From contig CAVSKC010000001.1 of assembly GCA_963728425.1 (NCBI GenBank), positions 89,523 through 153,522 of the forward strand: a DNA stretch of 64,000 bases, in the 5' to 3' direction. The notes beneath the pieces are model-generated. The model did not search any database. It saw only the letters and a program-made list of their open reading frames with translations, and had not been told where the DNA came from. A program made the translations under genes and the position numbers. This DNA comes from an uncultured Actinomycetota bacterium (GTDB taxonomy: Bacteria; Actinomycetota; Actinomycetes; JACCUZ01). Positions 49,478-61,934 of the stretch are shown here, piece after piece; within the stretch, counting starts at the first letter, position 1; each line of letters begins with the position of its first letter.

Positions 49478-51021
49478 GGGCCGCAGCCTAGGGGCTCCGC
49501 TGTGCCAGACTTCGGCAGTGGCCAACGTCGCGGACCTGGTGCGGGCGGCAGCGGCCCGCCGGCCGGGCGGCGTCGCCCTCGTGCACCTGCCCACCGTCGG
49601 TGCCCGGACCGCGACGACCTGGTCGGCCCTCGACGCGGACGTGGACGCCACCGCGGCCGGCCTGCGCACTGCCCTCGGCCTGCACGAAGGCGACCGGGTG
49701 GCCCTCGCGATGGCGAACACGCCGGCTTTCGTCACGTCGTACTTCGCGGCGCTGCGGGCCGGTCTGGTGGCGGTGCCGCTGAACATCGGCTACACCGCGC
49801 CGGAGACCGCACGGCTGCTCGCCGAGGCCGACGTCAAGGTCGTGCTCTGCGACGACTCCACCCTCACCGTGGTGGAGGAGGCCGTGGCGGGCAGCCACCG
49901 GGTGCACGTCGACCCGGCCGGCCTGGACGCGGTGACCGCCGCCGGGCGCGGCTCGGCTGCGCCCACCGCTGACCGCGGCGGCGAGGACCTCGCGGTGCTG
50001 ATGTTCACCTCCGGCACCAGCGGCCGGCCGCGGGCGGCGATGCTCACCCATCGGGCGCTGCTGACGAACCTCGAGCAGTGCCAGGCCCTCGAGCCCACCC
50101 CGATGGGCGAGGACGACGTGGTGCTGCTCGTGCTGCCGCTGTTCCACATCTACGGGCTGAACACCGGGCTCGGCATGGTGGCCGCCACGGCCGCCACCGG
50201 GGTCCTGGTCGAGCGGTTCGACCCGGTCGGCACGGCCGCGCCTGGTGCGGGCCGAGGGCGTGACCAACATCCCCGGTGCCCCGCCGATGTACGTCGCCTG
50301 GGCGGGAGCCGAGGCCTACGACGAGCTGCGCGGCGTCCGGATGCTGGCATCCGGGGCGTCCTCGCTGCCGCCCGCCGTGCTCGAGCAGGTGCAGACCGCG
50401 GTGGGCATCACGATCCGCGAGGGGTACGGCCTGACCGAGACCGCTCCGGTGGTCACCAGCACGCTGGCCTCCCCGGTCGTCAAGGCCGGGTCGATCGGCC
50501 GGCCGATCCCCGGCGTCGAGGTCCGGCTGGTCGACGAGGGCGGCACCGACGTCCTGGACGACGACGCCGGCGAGGTCTGGGTCCGCGGCGCGAACCTGTT
50601 CTCGGGCTACTGGCCGGACGGCAGCGGCGGGCCGGACCCGGACGGCTGGTGGGCGACCGGGGACGTCGCGTACGCCGACAACGACGGCGACCTGTTCCTC
50701 GTCGACCGGCGCAAGGAGCTGGTCATCGTCAGCGGCTTCAACGTCTACCCGCGTGAGGTGGAGGACGCGCTGGCCGAGCACCCGGACGTCGCCGAGGTCG
50801 CCGTGATCGCCGTACCGCACCCGTACACCGGCGAGGCGGTGAAGGCGTTCGTGGTGCCGCGGGACGGTGCCGCCCTGCAGCCGGAGGACGTCACCGCGCA
50901 CGCGGCCACCCGCCTGGCCCGGTTCAAGCGTCCGACGATCGTCACCCTGGTGGCGGCGCTGCCGCACTCGGCCACCGGCAAGGTCGCCAAGGGCAAGCTG
51001 CGCGAGAGCGAGCAGCGGTGA
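49476..51021 (+). CDS. AMP-binding fatty-acid-CoA ligase (FadD-like), apparent frameshift near 50232
   Basis: [19 protein letters not shown]-binding motif in the first frame; [12 protein letters not shown] and KxxR C-terminal motifs in frame 50245..51021. The start may be an internal GTG. Confidence 0.7.
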
Positions 51022-51257
51022 CCGCCCGGGTCACCTTGATCGGGAAGCCCGGCTGCCACCTCTGCGACGAGGCGCGGGCGGTCGTGGCCAAGGTCACCGC
51101 CGAGCTCGGCCTGGAGTTCGACGAGCTGAGCATCCTGGACGACCCCGACCTGCAGGCGCGCTACTGGGAGCAGGTCCCGGTGACGCTGGTGGACGGCGAG
51201 CAGCACGACTTCTGGCGGGTCTCCGAGAGCAGGTTGCGGGCCGCGCTGGGTGCCTGA
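51018..51257 (+). CDS. Glutaredoxin-like / NrdH-like small redox protein (79 aa)
   Basis: KPGCHLCDEA CxxC motif in a thioredoxin-fold-sized protein; position before hemA as for Rv0508. Confidence 0.65.
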   Translation: MTARVTLIGKPGCHLCDEARAVVAKVTAELGLEFDELSILDDPDLQARYWEQVPVTLVDGEQHDFWRVSESRLRAALGA

Positions 51258-51280
51258 CCGGGTGGGCCGGATCGCTCACT

Positions 51281-51298
51281 TTGTGCTCACGTTCACAA
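51281..51298 (+). promoter_or_regulatory. Putative Rex operator (ROP) TTGTGctcacgTTCACAA upstream of rex
   Basis: Matches the Rex box TTGTGAA-N6-TTCACAA at 11/14 half-site positions with exact spacing; 58 bp upstream of the rex GTG. Confidence 0.55.
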
Positions 51299-51355
51299 GC
51301 GCCTAACCTGGCTGGCGCCACCGTGGCACCCGGTCACTGGCGAGTGGGGAGTCCC

Positions 51356-52082
51356 GTGACGAGCCCTGAGACGAGTCCGCAGCGCGCCGCTGCTGGTGCT
51401 CCTCGCGCGCGCCGCCAGGGGAATGGGCGCCAGGGCGTGCCGGACGCCACCGTGGCCCGGCTGCCGCTCTACCTGCGGGCCCTGGGCTCGCTGGCCGAGG
51501 ACGGCGTCTCGACCGTGTCCTCGGAGGAGCTCGCCGCCGCGGCCGGGGTCAACTCCGCGAAGCTGCGCAAGGACCTCTCCTACCTCGGTTCCTACGGCAC
51601 CCGGGGGGTCGGCTACGACGTGGAGTACCTGGTCTTCCAGGTCTCCCGCGAGCTGGGGCTGACCCAGGACTGGCCGGTCGTCATCGTCGGGGTCGGGTCA
51701 CCTCGGGCACGCGCTGGCGAACTACGGCGGGTTCGCCTCGCGCGGGTTCGCGATCCGGGCGCTGGTCGACGCCGATCCGGCGATCGTGGGCACCGAGATC
51801 GCCGGCCTGCCGGTGATGCCGCTGGAGCGGTTGGAAGCGGTCGTGGGCGACCTCGGCGTCGCGATCGGCGTGATCGCGACGCCCGCGCAGGTGGCCCAGG
51901 AGGTCTGCGACCGGCTGGTCGCGGCCGGGGTCAGCAGCATCCTCAACTTCGCGCCCAGCGTGCTGTCGGTGCCCGACCACGTCGAGGTGCGCAAGGTGGA
52001 CATGTCCATCGAGCTGCAGATCCTCGCCTTCCACGAGCAGCGCAAGGTCGCCCCCCGCCTCGCCGAGGTGGTGAACACGTGA
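51356..52082 (+). CDS. rex: Redox-sensing transcriptional repressor Rex, apparent frameshift at a G4 run near 51697
   Basis: Winged-helix part ...ATVARLPLYLRALGSLAEDGVSTVSSEELA... then Rossmann part HLGHALANYGGFASRGF...VGDLGVAIGVIATPA in the +1 frame. GTG start with GGGGAG RBS. Confidence 0.75.
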
Positions 52083-53402
52083 GCGTCCTGGTCGTGGGCC
52101 TGTCCCACCGCAGTGCCCCGGTGGACCTGCTCGAGCGGGTCGCGCTGCCCGCCGAAGGCGTCACCAAGCTGCTCGCCGACGTGCTCGCCAGCGACCACGC
52201 GACCGAGGCGTTCGTGCTGTCCACCTGCAACCGGGTCGAGGTCTACGCCGAGGTCGACAAGTTCCACGGCGGCCTCGCGCAGGCCTCCGAGCTGCTCGCC
52301 CGGCGGGCCGGGATCGACCTGGACGAGCTCACCCCGCACCTCTACGTGCACTACGAGGACCGGGCCGTCTCGCACCTGTTCTCCGTCGCCTGCGGGCTGG
52401 ACTCGATGGTCGTCGGCGAGAGCCAGGTGCTCGGCCAGGTCCGGGTCGCCCTGCGCACCGCGCAGGACGCCGGGGCAGCCGGCCGTCAGCTCGGCGCGCT
52501 CGCCCAGCAGGCCCTGCGGGTCGGCAAGCGGGCCCGGACCGAGACCGGCATCGACCGGGCCGGTCGCTCGCTGGTCACCGCGGGGCTCGAGGTGGCCGGG
52601 CAGGTGCTCGGGCCGCTGGACGGCACCGAGGTGCTGGTCGTCGGCGCCGGTGCGATGAGCGCGCTGGCCGCCACCGTGGTCGCCCAGGGGGGCGCGGCCC
52701 GGGTGGTGGTGGCCAACCGCACCCTCGAGCGTGCGGAGCGGGTCGCCGCAGCGGTGGGCGGCGAGGCCGTGCCGCCTCGACTCGTTGCCGGCCGCGCTGG
52801 CGTCGGCCGACCTGGTCGTGTCCTGCACCGGAGCGGTCGGGCACGTCCTGGACGCCGCGATGATGACCGCCGCCGTCGCGGACCGGCCGGACCGCCCGCT
52901 CGTCGTGCTCGACCTGGCCCTGCCGCGCGACGTCGACCCGGGCGCCCACGACCTGCCCGGCGTGACCGTGGTCGACCTCGAGACGCTGGCGAGCGCCCTG
53001 GCCACCAGCGAGCACGCGGCCGACGTCGAGGCGACCCGCGAGATCGTGGTCGAGGAGGTCGCCGCGTTCCTGGGCTGGCAGCGAGCCGTCAGCGTGGCGC
53101 CCACCGTGGTCGCCCTGCGCGACATGGCCGACTCCGTGGTGCGCGCCGAGCTGGTCCGGCTGACCGGCCGGCTGCCGGGCCTGGACCCGCACGCCCGGGC
53201 CGAGATCGAGCAGACCGTGTCGCGGGTCGTCGACAAGCTGCTGCACGCCCCGACCGTGCGGGTGAAGCAGCTCGCCGAGGAGCCGGGCGGCCAGTCGTAC
53301 GCCGATGCGCTGAACAAGCTGTTCGGGCTGGACCCCAAGGCGGTCGAGGCCGTCACCCGGGCCGACGTCGCGACCGACCCCACCCCCGGCGGTGCGTCGT
53401 GA
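52079..53402 (+). CDS. hemA: Glutamyl-tRNA reductase HemA, apparent frameshift near 52775
   Basis: VLSTCNRVEVY active-site Cys region, NADPH-binding VVGAGAMS, C-terminal dimerisation helix in the other frame. GTGA overlap with rex. Confidence 0.8.
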
Positions 53403-54340
53403 CCGCGGCCCTGCGGCTCGGCACCCGCCGCAGCGCGCTGGCCACCGCCCAGTCCGAGCGGGTCGCCGCCGACCTCACGGCCCGCACCGGCCGGCCGGTC
53501 GAGCTGGTCCCGGTGACGACGTACGGCGACACCTCCCGCGAGGCGCTCGCCCAGATCGGCGGCACCGGCGTCTTCGTCTCGGCGCTGCGCGACGCGCTGC
53601 TCGCCGGCGACGTCGACCTCGCGGTGCACTCCCTCAAGGACCTGCCGACCGCCGACGCCGACGGCATCCTGCTCGCGGCGGTCCCGCCGCGCGAGGACCC
53701 GCGCGACGTGCTGGTGGCCCGCGACGGGCTCGGCCTGGCCGAGCTGCCTGCCGGCTCCCGGGTCGGCACCGGCTCGCCGCGGCGGGCCGCCCAGCTGCGC
53801 GCCCTCGGCTTCGGCCTCGAGGTCGTGGCCGTCCGGGGCAACGTCGACACCCGGCTCCGGCTGGTCGAGCACGGCGAGGTCGACGCGGTCGTCCTGGCCC
53901 GCGCCGGTCTCGCCCGGCTGGGGCGCCTCGACGCCGTCACCGAGGCGATCGACCCCCTCCAGATGCTTCCCGCCCCCGGCCAGGGGGCGCTGGCGATCGA
54001 GTGCCGCAGCCCGCACGACCCAGGCTCGACCGAGATCGCCGACCTGCTCCACGTGCTCGACGACGCCGCAACCCGGCACGTCGTGACCGCGGAGCGCACC
54101 CTGCTCGCCGTACTGGAAGCCGGTTGCTCGGCCCCTGTCGGGGCCCTCGGAGAAGCAGCCGACGGCGAGCACCACCCCGAGCTGTACCTGCGTGCGGTCG
54201 TCAGTGCTGCTGACGGCTCGGCCAGCGTGCGGCTGTCCGCCACCGGACCTCTCGACGAGGCTGCACGGATCGGCCGCGACCTCGCGGCTGACCTGCTCGC
54301 CGAGGGTGCGGCCGATCTGATGTGGGAGCGCGTCCCGTGA
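53399..54340 (+). CDS. hemC: Porphobilinogen deaminase (hydroxymethylbilane synthase) HemC
   Basis: [11 protein letters not shown], dipyrromethane cofactor Cys region ([11 protein letters not shown]); GTGA overlap with hemA. Confidence 0.9.
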   Translation: MTAALRLGTRRSALATAQSERVAADLTARTGRPVELVPVTTYGDTSREALAQIGGTGVFVSALRDALLAGDVDLAVHSLKDLPTADADGILLAAVPPREDPRDVLVARDGLGLAELPAGSRVGTGSPRRAAQLRALGFGLEVVAVRGNVDTRLRLVEHGEVDAVVLARAGLARLGRLDAVTEAIDPLQMLPAPGQGALAIECRSPHDPGSTEIADLLHVLDDAATRHVVTAERTLLAVLEAGCSAPVGALGEAADGEHHPELYLRAVVSAADGSASVRLSATGPLDEAARIGRDLAADLLAEGAADLMWERVP

Positions 54341-55978
54341 CCCGCCCGAAGACAACCAGCAAGAGCACGACCTCGCGGAAGAGCCGGCCGCTGGGCTGCG
54401 TCGCCTTCGTCGGCGCCGGCCCCGGCGACCCCGAGCTGCTGACGGTGCGAGCCGTCGAGCTGCTCGCGAAGGCCGACGTCGTCGTCACCGAGTCGCAGGA
54501 CGCGGACTTCGTCCGACGGTTCTGCCGCGACGACGTCGAGGTCGTCGACGGCTCGCTCGGCGACGACGGCCAGCCGCTCAGCCACGCGGTGCGTGCCCGC
54601 CTCGTCGTGAAGGCAGCGAAGAGCGGCGGCAACGTCGTCCGGCTGCTCGACGGCGACCCGTTCCTCTACGCCACCGGCTCCGAGGAGGCGGTGGGGTGCG
54701 CGAAGGCGGGGATTCCGTTCGAGGTGGTGCCCGGTGTCTCCTCGATCACGGCGGTCCCGGCGTACGCCGGTATCCCGCTGACGTCGGCCAAGCACCGCGA
54801 GGTGCGGGTGGTCAACGTGGCCGAGGGCATCCGGAGCTCAGCGGACTGGTCCTCCATCGCCGCGGGGACGGCGACGTTGGTGCTGCTGTCGGCGACCCAG
54901 GTCATCGGTGACGTCGCGAAGGCGCTGATCGCCGCCGGCCGCTCGACCCGAGACGCCGGTCGCGATGACCCAGCTCGGCACGACGACGTCCCAGCGCACG
55001 GTCACCTCGACGCTCGAGCGGATCGCCGCCGACGTGAAGGCAGCCAAGCTGGCCCCGCCGACCATCACCGTCGTCGGGGACACGGTGGTCCTGCGCGAGA
55101 CGCTGAGCTGGTTCGAGACGAAGTCGCTGTTCGGCTGGCGGGTGCTGGTGCCGCGGACCAAGGAGCAGGCCGGTGCGCTGTCCGACCGGCTGCGTGCCTA
55201 CGGCGCGGTGCCCGAGGAGGTGCCGACCATCGCGGTCGAGCCGCCGCGGACCCCGCAGCAGATGGAGCGGGCCATCAAGGGCCTGGTGACCGGACGCTAC
55301 GAGTGGGTCGCGTTCACCTCGCGCAACGCGGTCAAGGCCGTCCGCGAGCGGTTCGAGGAGTACGGCCTGGACGCCCGCGCCTTCGCCGGCATCAAGGTGG
55401 CGGCCGTGGGCGACCAGACCGCTGCGGACCTGCTCGCGTGGGGCATCAAGCCCGACCTCGTGCCGAGCGGCGAGCAGTCGGCCGCCGGCCTGCTCGAGGA
55501 CTGGCCGCCCTACGACGCCGTCTTCGACCCGATCGACCGGGTCTTCCTGCCGCGGGCGGACATCGCCACCGAGAACCTGGTGGCCGGCCTGGTCGAGCGC
55601 GGCTGGGAGGTCGACGACGTCACCGCCTACCGCACCGTGCGCGCCGCGCCGCCGGCCGCACCCATCCGGGAAGCCATCAAGAGCGGCGGGTACGACGCGG
55701 TGGTCTTCACCTCGTCCTCGACGGTGCGCAACCTGGTCGGCATCGCGGGCAAGCCGCACCCGTCCACGGTGATCGCGTGCATCGGCCCGGCCACCGCGAA
55801 GACGGCGGAGGAGCACGGCCTGCGGGTCGACGTCCTCGCGCCGTCGCCGTCGGTGCCGGACCTCGCCGCGGCGCTGTCGGAGTACGGCGCGTCGGTGCGC
55901 GCCGCCGCCGTGGCCGCCGGCGAGCCGGTGCTGCGCCCGTCCCAGAAGCGCGCCACCGCCCGCCGCAAGGCCACCTGA
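54337..55978 (+). CDS. hemD: Bifunctional uroporphyrinogen-III C-methyltransferase / uroporphyrinogen-III synthase (CobA-HemD fusion), apparent frameshift near 54955
   Basis: SAM methylase [16 protein letters not shown]...LLDGDPFLY then the HemD domain in frame 54965..55978; same fusion as mycobacterial hemD/cysG. Confidence 0.8.
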
Positions 55979-55985
55979 GGTCGGC

Positions 55986-56993
<1,008 letters not shown>

Positions 56994-56997
<4 letters not shown>

Positions 56998-58319
56998 CCA
57001 GCTACCCCTACGAGGCACCGGAGTCGGCCGCGTTGATGGAGCGCGCCCTCTCGGTGACGCCGGGCGGGGTGAACTCGCCGGTGCGCGCCTTCCGGGCCGT
57101 GGGCGGGACGCCGCGGTTCATGGCCAGCGGGCACGGCCCCTACGTCGTGGACGTCGACGGCCGCGACTACGTCGACCTGGTCTGCTCGTGGGGGCCGCTG
57201 CTGCTCGGCCACGCCCACCCGGTTGTGGTGGACGCGGTGCGGGCCGCGGTGTCGCGCGGCACGTCGTTCGGCACGCCGACCCAGGGCGAGGTCGAGCTGG
57301 CCGAGGAGATCGTGGCCCGGGTCGGCCCGGTCGAGCAGGTGCGGCTGGTGTCCAGCGGCACCGAGGCCACCATGTCCGCGATCCGGCTGGCCCGCGGCTT
57401 CACCGGCCGGACCAAGGTGGTGAAGTTCGCCGGCTGCTACCACGGCCACGTCGACTCGCTGCTGGCCGCCGCCGGCTCCGGCGTCGCGACCCTGGGCCTG
57501 CCGGACACCCCCGGCGTGACCGGGGCGTCGGCCGCCGACACGGTCGTCGTCCCCTACAACGACCTGGCCGCGGTGGCCGAGGCGTTCCGGGTGCACGACG
57601 GGCAGATCGCCTGTGTCATCACCGAGGCGGCGGCCGGCAACATGGGCGTGGTGCCGCCGGCACCGGGCTTCAACGCCGGGCTGGCGCAGCTGTGCCGCGA
57701 CAACGGCGCGCTGTTCGTCAGCGACGAGGTGATGACCGGCTTCCGGGTGCACCGGGCCGGCTGGTTCGGCCTCGAGGGCGTCCGGCCCGACCTGATGACG
57801 TTCGGCAAGGTGATGGGCGGCGGCTTCCCGGCCGCGGCGTTCGGCGGCCGGGCCGACGTGATGGCCCGGCTGGCGCCGGCCGGCCCCGTCTACCAGGCGG
57901 GCACTCTCTCCGGGAACCCGGTCGCCACCGCGGCCGGCCTGGCCACCCTGCGGGCGGCCGACGACGACGTCTACGCATGGGTCGACAAGGCGGCGGGCGA
58001 GCTGAGCGCGCTGGCCGGCGACGCGCTCACGGCCGCCGGCGTGGCGCACCGGGTACAGCACGCGGGCAGCATGTTCTCGGTCTTCTTCGGTCCGGACGAG
58101 GTGACCGACTACGACGGCGCCCGACGTCAGGACACCTTTCGCTACACCGGTTTCTTCCACGCGATGCTGGAGCGCGGCGTCTACCTGCCGCCGTCGGCGT
58201 TCGAGTCGTGGTTCCTCTCCGCCGCGCACGACGACGCGGCGCTGGAGCGTGTCGCCGACGCACTGCCCCATGCCGCGCGCGCCGCGGCGGCCGCCACCCC
58301 GCCGGAGTCGACGGCATGA
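56994..58319 (+). CDS. hemL: Glutamate-1-semialdehyde 2,1-aminomutase HemL
   Basis: PLP-enzyme motifs, [13 protein letters not shown], catalytic K in FGKVMGGG; intact 441 aa. Confidence 0.9.
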
Positions 58320-58993
58320 GTGAGGACAGGTCCATGACGGAGACCACGGTGGTGCACGTGCTGCGCCACGGCGAGGTGCACAACCCGACCAAGATCCTCT
58401 ACGGCCGGCTGCCCGACTTCCACCTGTCCGAGCTCGGCGTCGCGATGGCCGAGCGGATTGCCGAGCGGATGCGCGGCGAGGACGTCACCTACCTCGTGTC
58501 GTCCCCGCTCGAGCGGGCCCGGGAGACGGCGGCTCCCAGCGCCGAGGCGCTCGGGCTCCCGATGGCCGTCGACGACCGGCTGATCGAGGCCGGGAACGTG
58601 TTCGAGGGGCTCACGTTCGGCGTCGGCGACGGGTCGCTGCGCCGCCCCAAGCACTGGGTGCACCTGCGCAACCCGATGCGTCCGTCCTGGGGCGAGCCCT
58701 ACGTCGAGATCGCCGAGCGGATGCTGGCCGCCATCGCCGCCGCCCGGGACGCGGCCCGCGGCCACCAGGCCCTGGCCGTCAGCCACCAGCTGCCGATCTG
58801 GACGGCCCGGTCGTTCGCGACCGGCCGGCACCTCTGGCACGACCCGCGCAAGCGGCAGTGCTCGCTGGCGTCGCTCACGTCGTTCACCTACTCCGGGGAC
58901 GACCTGGTGTCGGTGTCCTACGAGGAGCCGGCCCGTGACCTCCTCCCCGTGCCGGCGCCCGGCACCGCCAAGAAGTTCGTCGCCGGGGCCTGA
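58316..58993 (+). CDS. Histidine phosphatase (phosphoglycerate mutase) family protein
   Basis: RHGE catalytic motif in [10 protein letters not shown], later H in AVSHQLPI. Confidence 0.75.
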   Translation: MSEDRSMTETTVVHVLRHGEVHNPTKILYGRLPDFHLSELGVAMAERIAERMRGEDVTYLVSSPLERARETAAPSAEALGLPMAVDDRLIEAGNVFEGLTFGVGDGSLRRPKHWVHLRNPMRPSWGEPYVEIAERMLAAIAAARDAARGHQALAVSHQLPIWTARSFATGRHLWHDPRKRQCSLASLTSFTYSGDDLVSVSYEEPARDLLPVPAPGTAKKFVAGA

Positions 58994-59580
58994 TGACCCT
59001 GCGGCCCGCCCGACGCGCCACCGTGGCCCTGGTCGCGGCGGTCCTGCTCGCGCTGCCGGCGTGCTCCAACCGGTCGACGGCGAGCGTCGCCGACCAGGGC
59101 TTCATCTCGGGGGACGGCACGGTGACCCAGCTCGCCGTCAGCAAGCGGAAGGACCCGGTCGAGTTCCGCGGCACCACGCTGGAGGGCAGGCCCTTCAACC
59201 TCCGGGCGCTGCGCGGGGACGTCGTGGTGGTGAACGTGTGGGCGTCCTGGTGCGCGCCGTGCATCGCCGAGGCCCCCGGGCTGCAGAAGGTGCACGAGCA
59301 GACCGAGGCCGAGGGCGTGCGTTTCATCGGCATCAACACCGAGGCGGACCAGGCCGCGGCCCGGGCGCACGAGCGCCGGTTCGGGGTGACCTACCCCAGC
59401 CTCGCCGACGACGGTGGGCGGGTCCTGCTGCGGCTGCGCGGCTCGCTCCCACCGACCGCCACGCCGTCCACCCTGGTGCTGGACCGGAACGGCCGGGTCG
59501 CCGCCCGGGTGATCGGGCGGGTCGACCCGTCGACGCTGCAGTCGCTGGTGGACGACGCGCGCGCGGAGCCGGCCGCATGA
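58993..59580 (+). CDS. resA: TlpA/ResA-family thiol-disulfide oxidoreductase lipoprotein
   Basis: Lipobox LALPAC, thioredoxin WASWCAPC active site. Confidence 0.8.
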   Translation: MTLRPARRATVALVAAVLLALPACSNRSTASVADQGFISGDGTVTQLAVSKRKDPVEFRGTTLEGRPFNLRALRGDVVVVNVWASWCAPCIAEAPGLQKVHEQTEAEGVRFIGINTEADQAAARAHERRFGVTYPSLADDGGRVLLRLRGSLPPTATPSTLVLDRNGRVAARVIGRVDPSTLQSLVDDARAEPAA

Positions 59581-60326
59581 GCACCGGCGCCACCATCGCC
59601 GACGGGTCGCTGCTGCTGGCGGTGCCGCTCGCGACGGCGGCCGGGCTGGTGTCGTTCCTCTCGCCGTGCGTGCTGCCGCTCGTGCCCGGCTACCTGGCCT
59701 ATACCACCGGGCTCTCCGCCGCCGAGGTGTTCGACGAGGCACCGACGCGGCGCGGCCGGCTGGTCGCCGGCGCCCTGCTGTTCGTGGCCGGCTTCACCTT
59801 CGTGTTCGTCAGCGCGGGCGTGCTGCTGGGCGGCCTGGGCGGATTCCTGCTGGAGAACCAGGAGGTGCTCCAGCGCTGGCTCGGCGGCGCCACCATCGTG
59901 CTCGGACTGGCGTTCATCGGCTTCGTGCCGTGGATGCAGCGCGACGTCCGGCTGGACCGCAGGCCTTCGGTCGGGCTGGCCGGCGCCCCGGTGCTCGGGG
60001 CGCTGTTCGGGCTCGGCTGGACCCCGTGCGTCGGCCCGACGCTCGGCGCGGTGATGGCGCTCGGGATCAACGAGGGCACTGCTGCCCGTGGTGGGGTGCT
60101 CGCGGTGGCGTACTGCATCGGGCTCGGGCTGCCCTTCGTCCTGACCGCGCTCGCCTTCAGCCGCGCGATGACCACGTTCGGCTGGGTGAAGCGGCACTAC
60201 CTGGCCATCATGCGCACCGGCGGCGCGCTGCTGGTGGTCATCGGCGTGCTGCTCGTGACCGGCGCCTGGAACGACATCGTGGTCGGGCTGCAGATCTGGG
60301 CCAACGGCTTCGTCCCGGCGGTGTAG
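59577..60326 (+). CDS. ccdA: Cytochrome c biogenesis protein CcdA (thiol-disulfide transporter)
   Basis: Two conserved Cys in SPCVLPLVPGY and TPCVGPTLGA; six predicted TM helices. Confidence 0.85.
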   Translation: MSTGATIADGSLLLAVPLATAAGLVSFLSPCVLPLVPGYLAYTTGLSAAEVFDEAPTRRGRLVAGALLFVAGFTFVFVSAGVLLGGLGGFLLENQEVLQRWLGGATIVLGLAFIGFVPWMQRDVRLDRRPSVGLAGAPVLGALFGLGWTPCVGPTLGAVMALGINEGTAARGGVLAVAYCIGLGLPFVLTALAFSRAMTTFGWVKRHYLAIMRTGGALLVVIGVLLVTGAWNDIVVGLQIWANGFVPAV

Positions 60327-60328
60327 TC

Positions 60329-61906
60329 GTGGTCGACCAGACGCTGACCAGCGCCCCCGCCCGGGACCAGCCGCCGGAGCCCCGGCCGCCGGCGCTCAAG
60401 CCGCTCGAGCTGGCCCGGTGGGCCTGGCGGCAGCTCACCTCGATGCGCACGGCGCTGGTGCTGCTGTTCCTGCTGGCGCTGGCCGCCGTGCCCGGCTCCC
60501 TGGTGCCGCAGCGCAGCATCGACGCGGCCCGGGCCGCGCAGTTCGCCGCCGAGCACCCGCACCTCGCGCCCTGGTACGACCGGTTCTCGCTGTTCTCCGT
60601 CTACTCCTCGCCGTGGTTCGCGGCGACCTACCTGCTGCTGTTCGTCTCGCTGGTGGGCTGCGTCCTGCCGCGCAGCCGGGCCCACCTGCGCGCGTCCCTC
60701 GCGCGACCGCCCCGCGCACCGCGCAACCTCGGCCGCCTGCCCGTGCACGAGGCGACAACGAGCACGCACACGCCGGACGAGGTGCTGGCCGAGGCCCGCG
60801 CCGCTGTTGCGGGCGCAGCGGTTCCGGGTCGACGTCGTGGACGGGGCGCTGTCGGCCGAGAAGGGCTACCTGCGCGAGACGGGCAACCTCGTCTTCCACC
60901 TGTCGCTGCTGCTGCTCCTGCTCGTCGGTGGCTCTCGGGCACCTGCTCGGCTACAAGGCCAACGTCCTGCTCATCGAGGGCGAGGCGTTCTCCAACACGG
61001 TGACGGCGTACGACACCTGGACCCCCGGCCCGCTCGCCGACGAGTCGTCGCTGGCGCCGTTCACGGTGACGCTGGACGACCTGAAGGTGCGCTACCAACC
61101 GAGCGGGCAGCAACGTGGTGCCCCGCGGGACTTCGAGGCGTCGGTCCGCTACACGTCGTCCCCCGACGCGCCGGAGAAGTCGTACGTGGTCCGCGTCAAC
61201 CACCCGCTGAAGGTCGACGGCGTGAAGGTCTTCCTGCTCGGCAACGGCTACGCGCCGGTCTTCACGGTGCGCGACCGCGACGGCCAGGTCGTGTCACGCG
61301 GCGCGGTGCCGTTCCTGCCGCGGGACGGGAACAACACGTCGGTCGGCGTTATCAAGGTCACCGGCATGACGCCGCAGATCGGCTTCGACGGCTTCTTCCT
61401 GCCCACCGCGGTGATCGACCAGGCCGGGCCGCACTCCCTCTACCCGGGGCTCAAGCTGCCGCGGGCACTGCTGAGCGTCTACGCAGGCGACCTCGGGGTC
61501 GACGACGGGACGCCGCAGTCGGTGTACAGCCTGGACAAGAACGGGCCTGACCCAGGTGCTGGGGAAGGACGGCCGCAAGCTGGTCGTCGGGCTGGCCCCG
61601 CACACGTCGGTGACGCTGCCGACGGGGGAGACGATCACGATGGACGGTGTACGGCGCTGGACGTCGCTGTCGATCGCCCGCGACCCGGGGGCCGGGCCGG
61701 CGCTGGGGTCCGCCCTGCTCGCGCTGGCCGGCCTGATGATGTCCCTGTTCGTGCGGCGCCGGCGGGTCTGGGTACGGGCTGCTGCGGGTGACGACGGGCG
61801 TACGCTCGTCGAGGTGGCGGGGCTGGCGCGCACCGAGGCCGAGGGCGGCGAGGGCCTGACCGACGAGGTCCGCCAGCTGGCCGAGCAGATCGGGACGACG
61901 AGATGA
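60329..61906 (+). CDS. resB: Cytochrome c biogenesis protein ResB (Ccs1), at least three apparent frameshifts (about 60800, 60930, 61550)
   Basis: N-terminal TM and LVLLFLLALAAVPGSL ResB signature; the middle segment (GYKANVLLIEGEAFSNTV...KVFLLGNGYAPVF) and the C-terminal TM segment lie in different frames. Confidence 0.7.
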
Positions 61907-61934
61907 CCGACGACGAGACGACGGGTGCCTGCCT

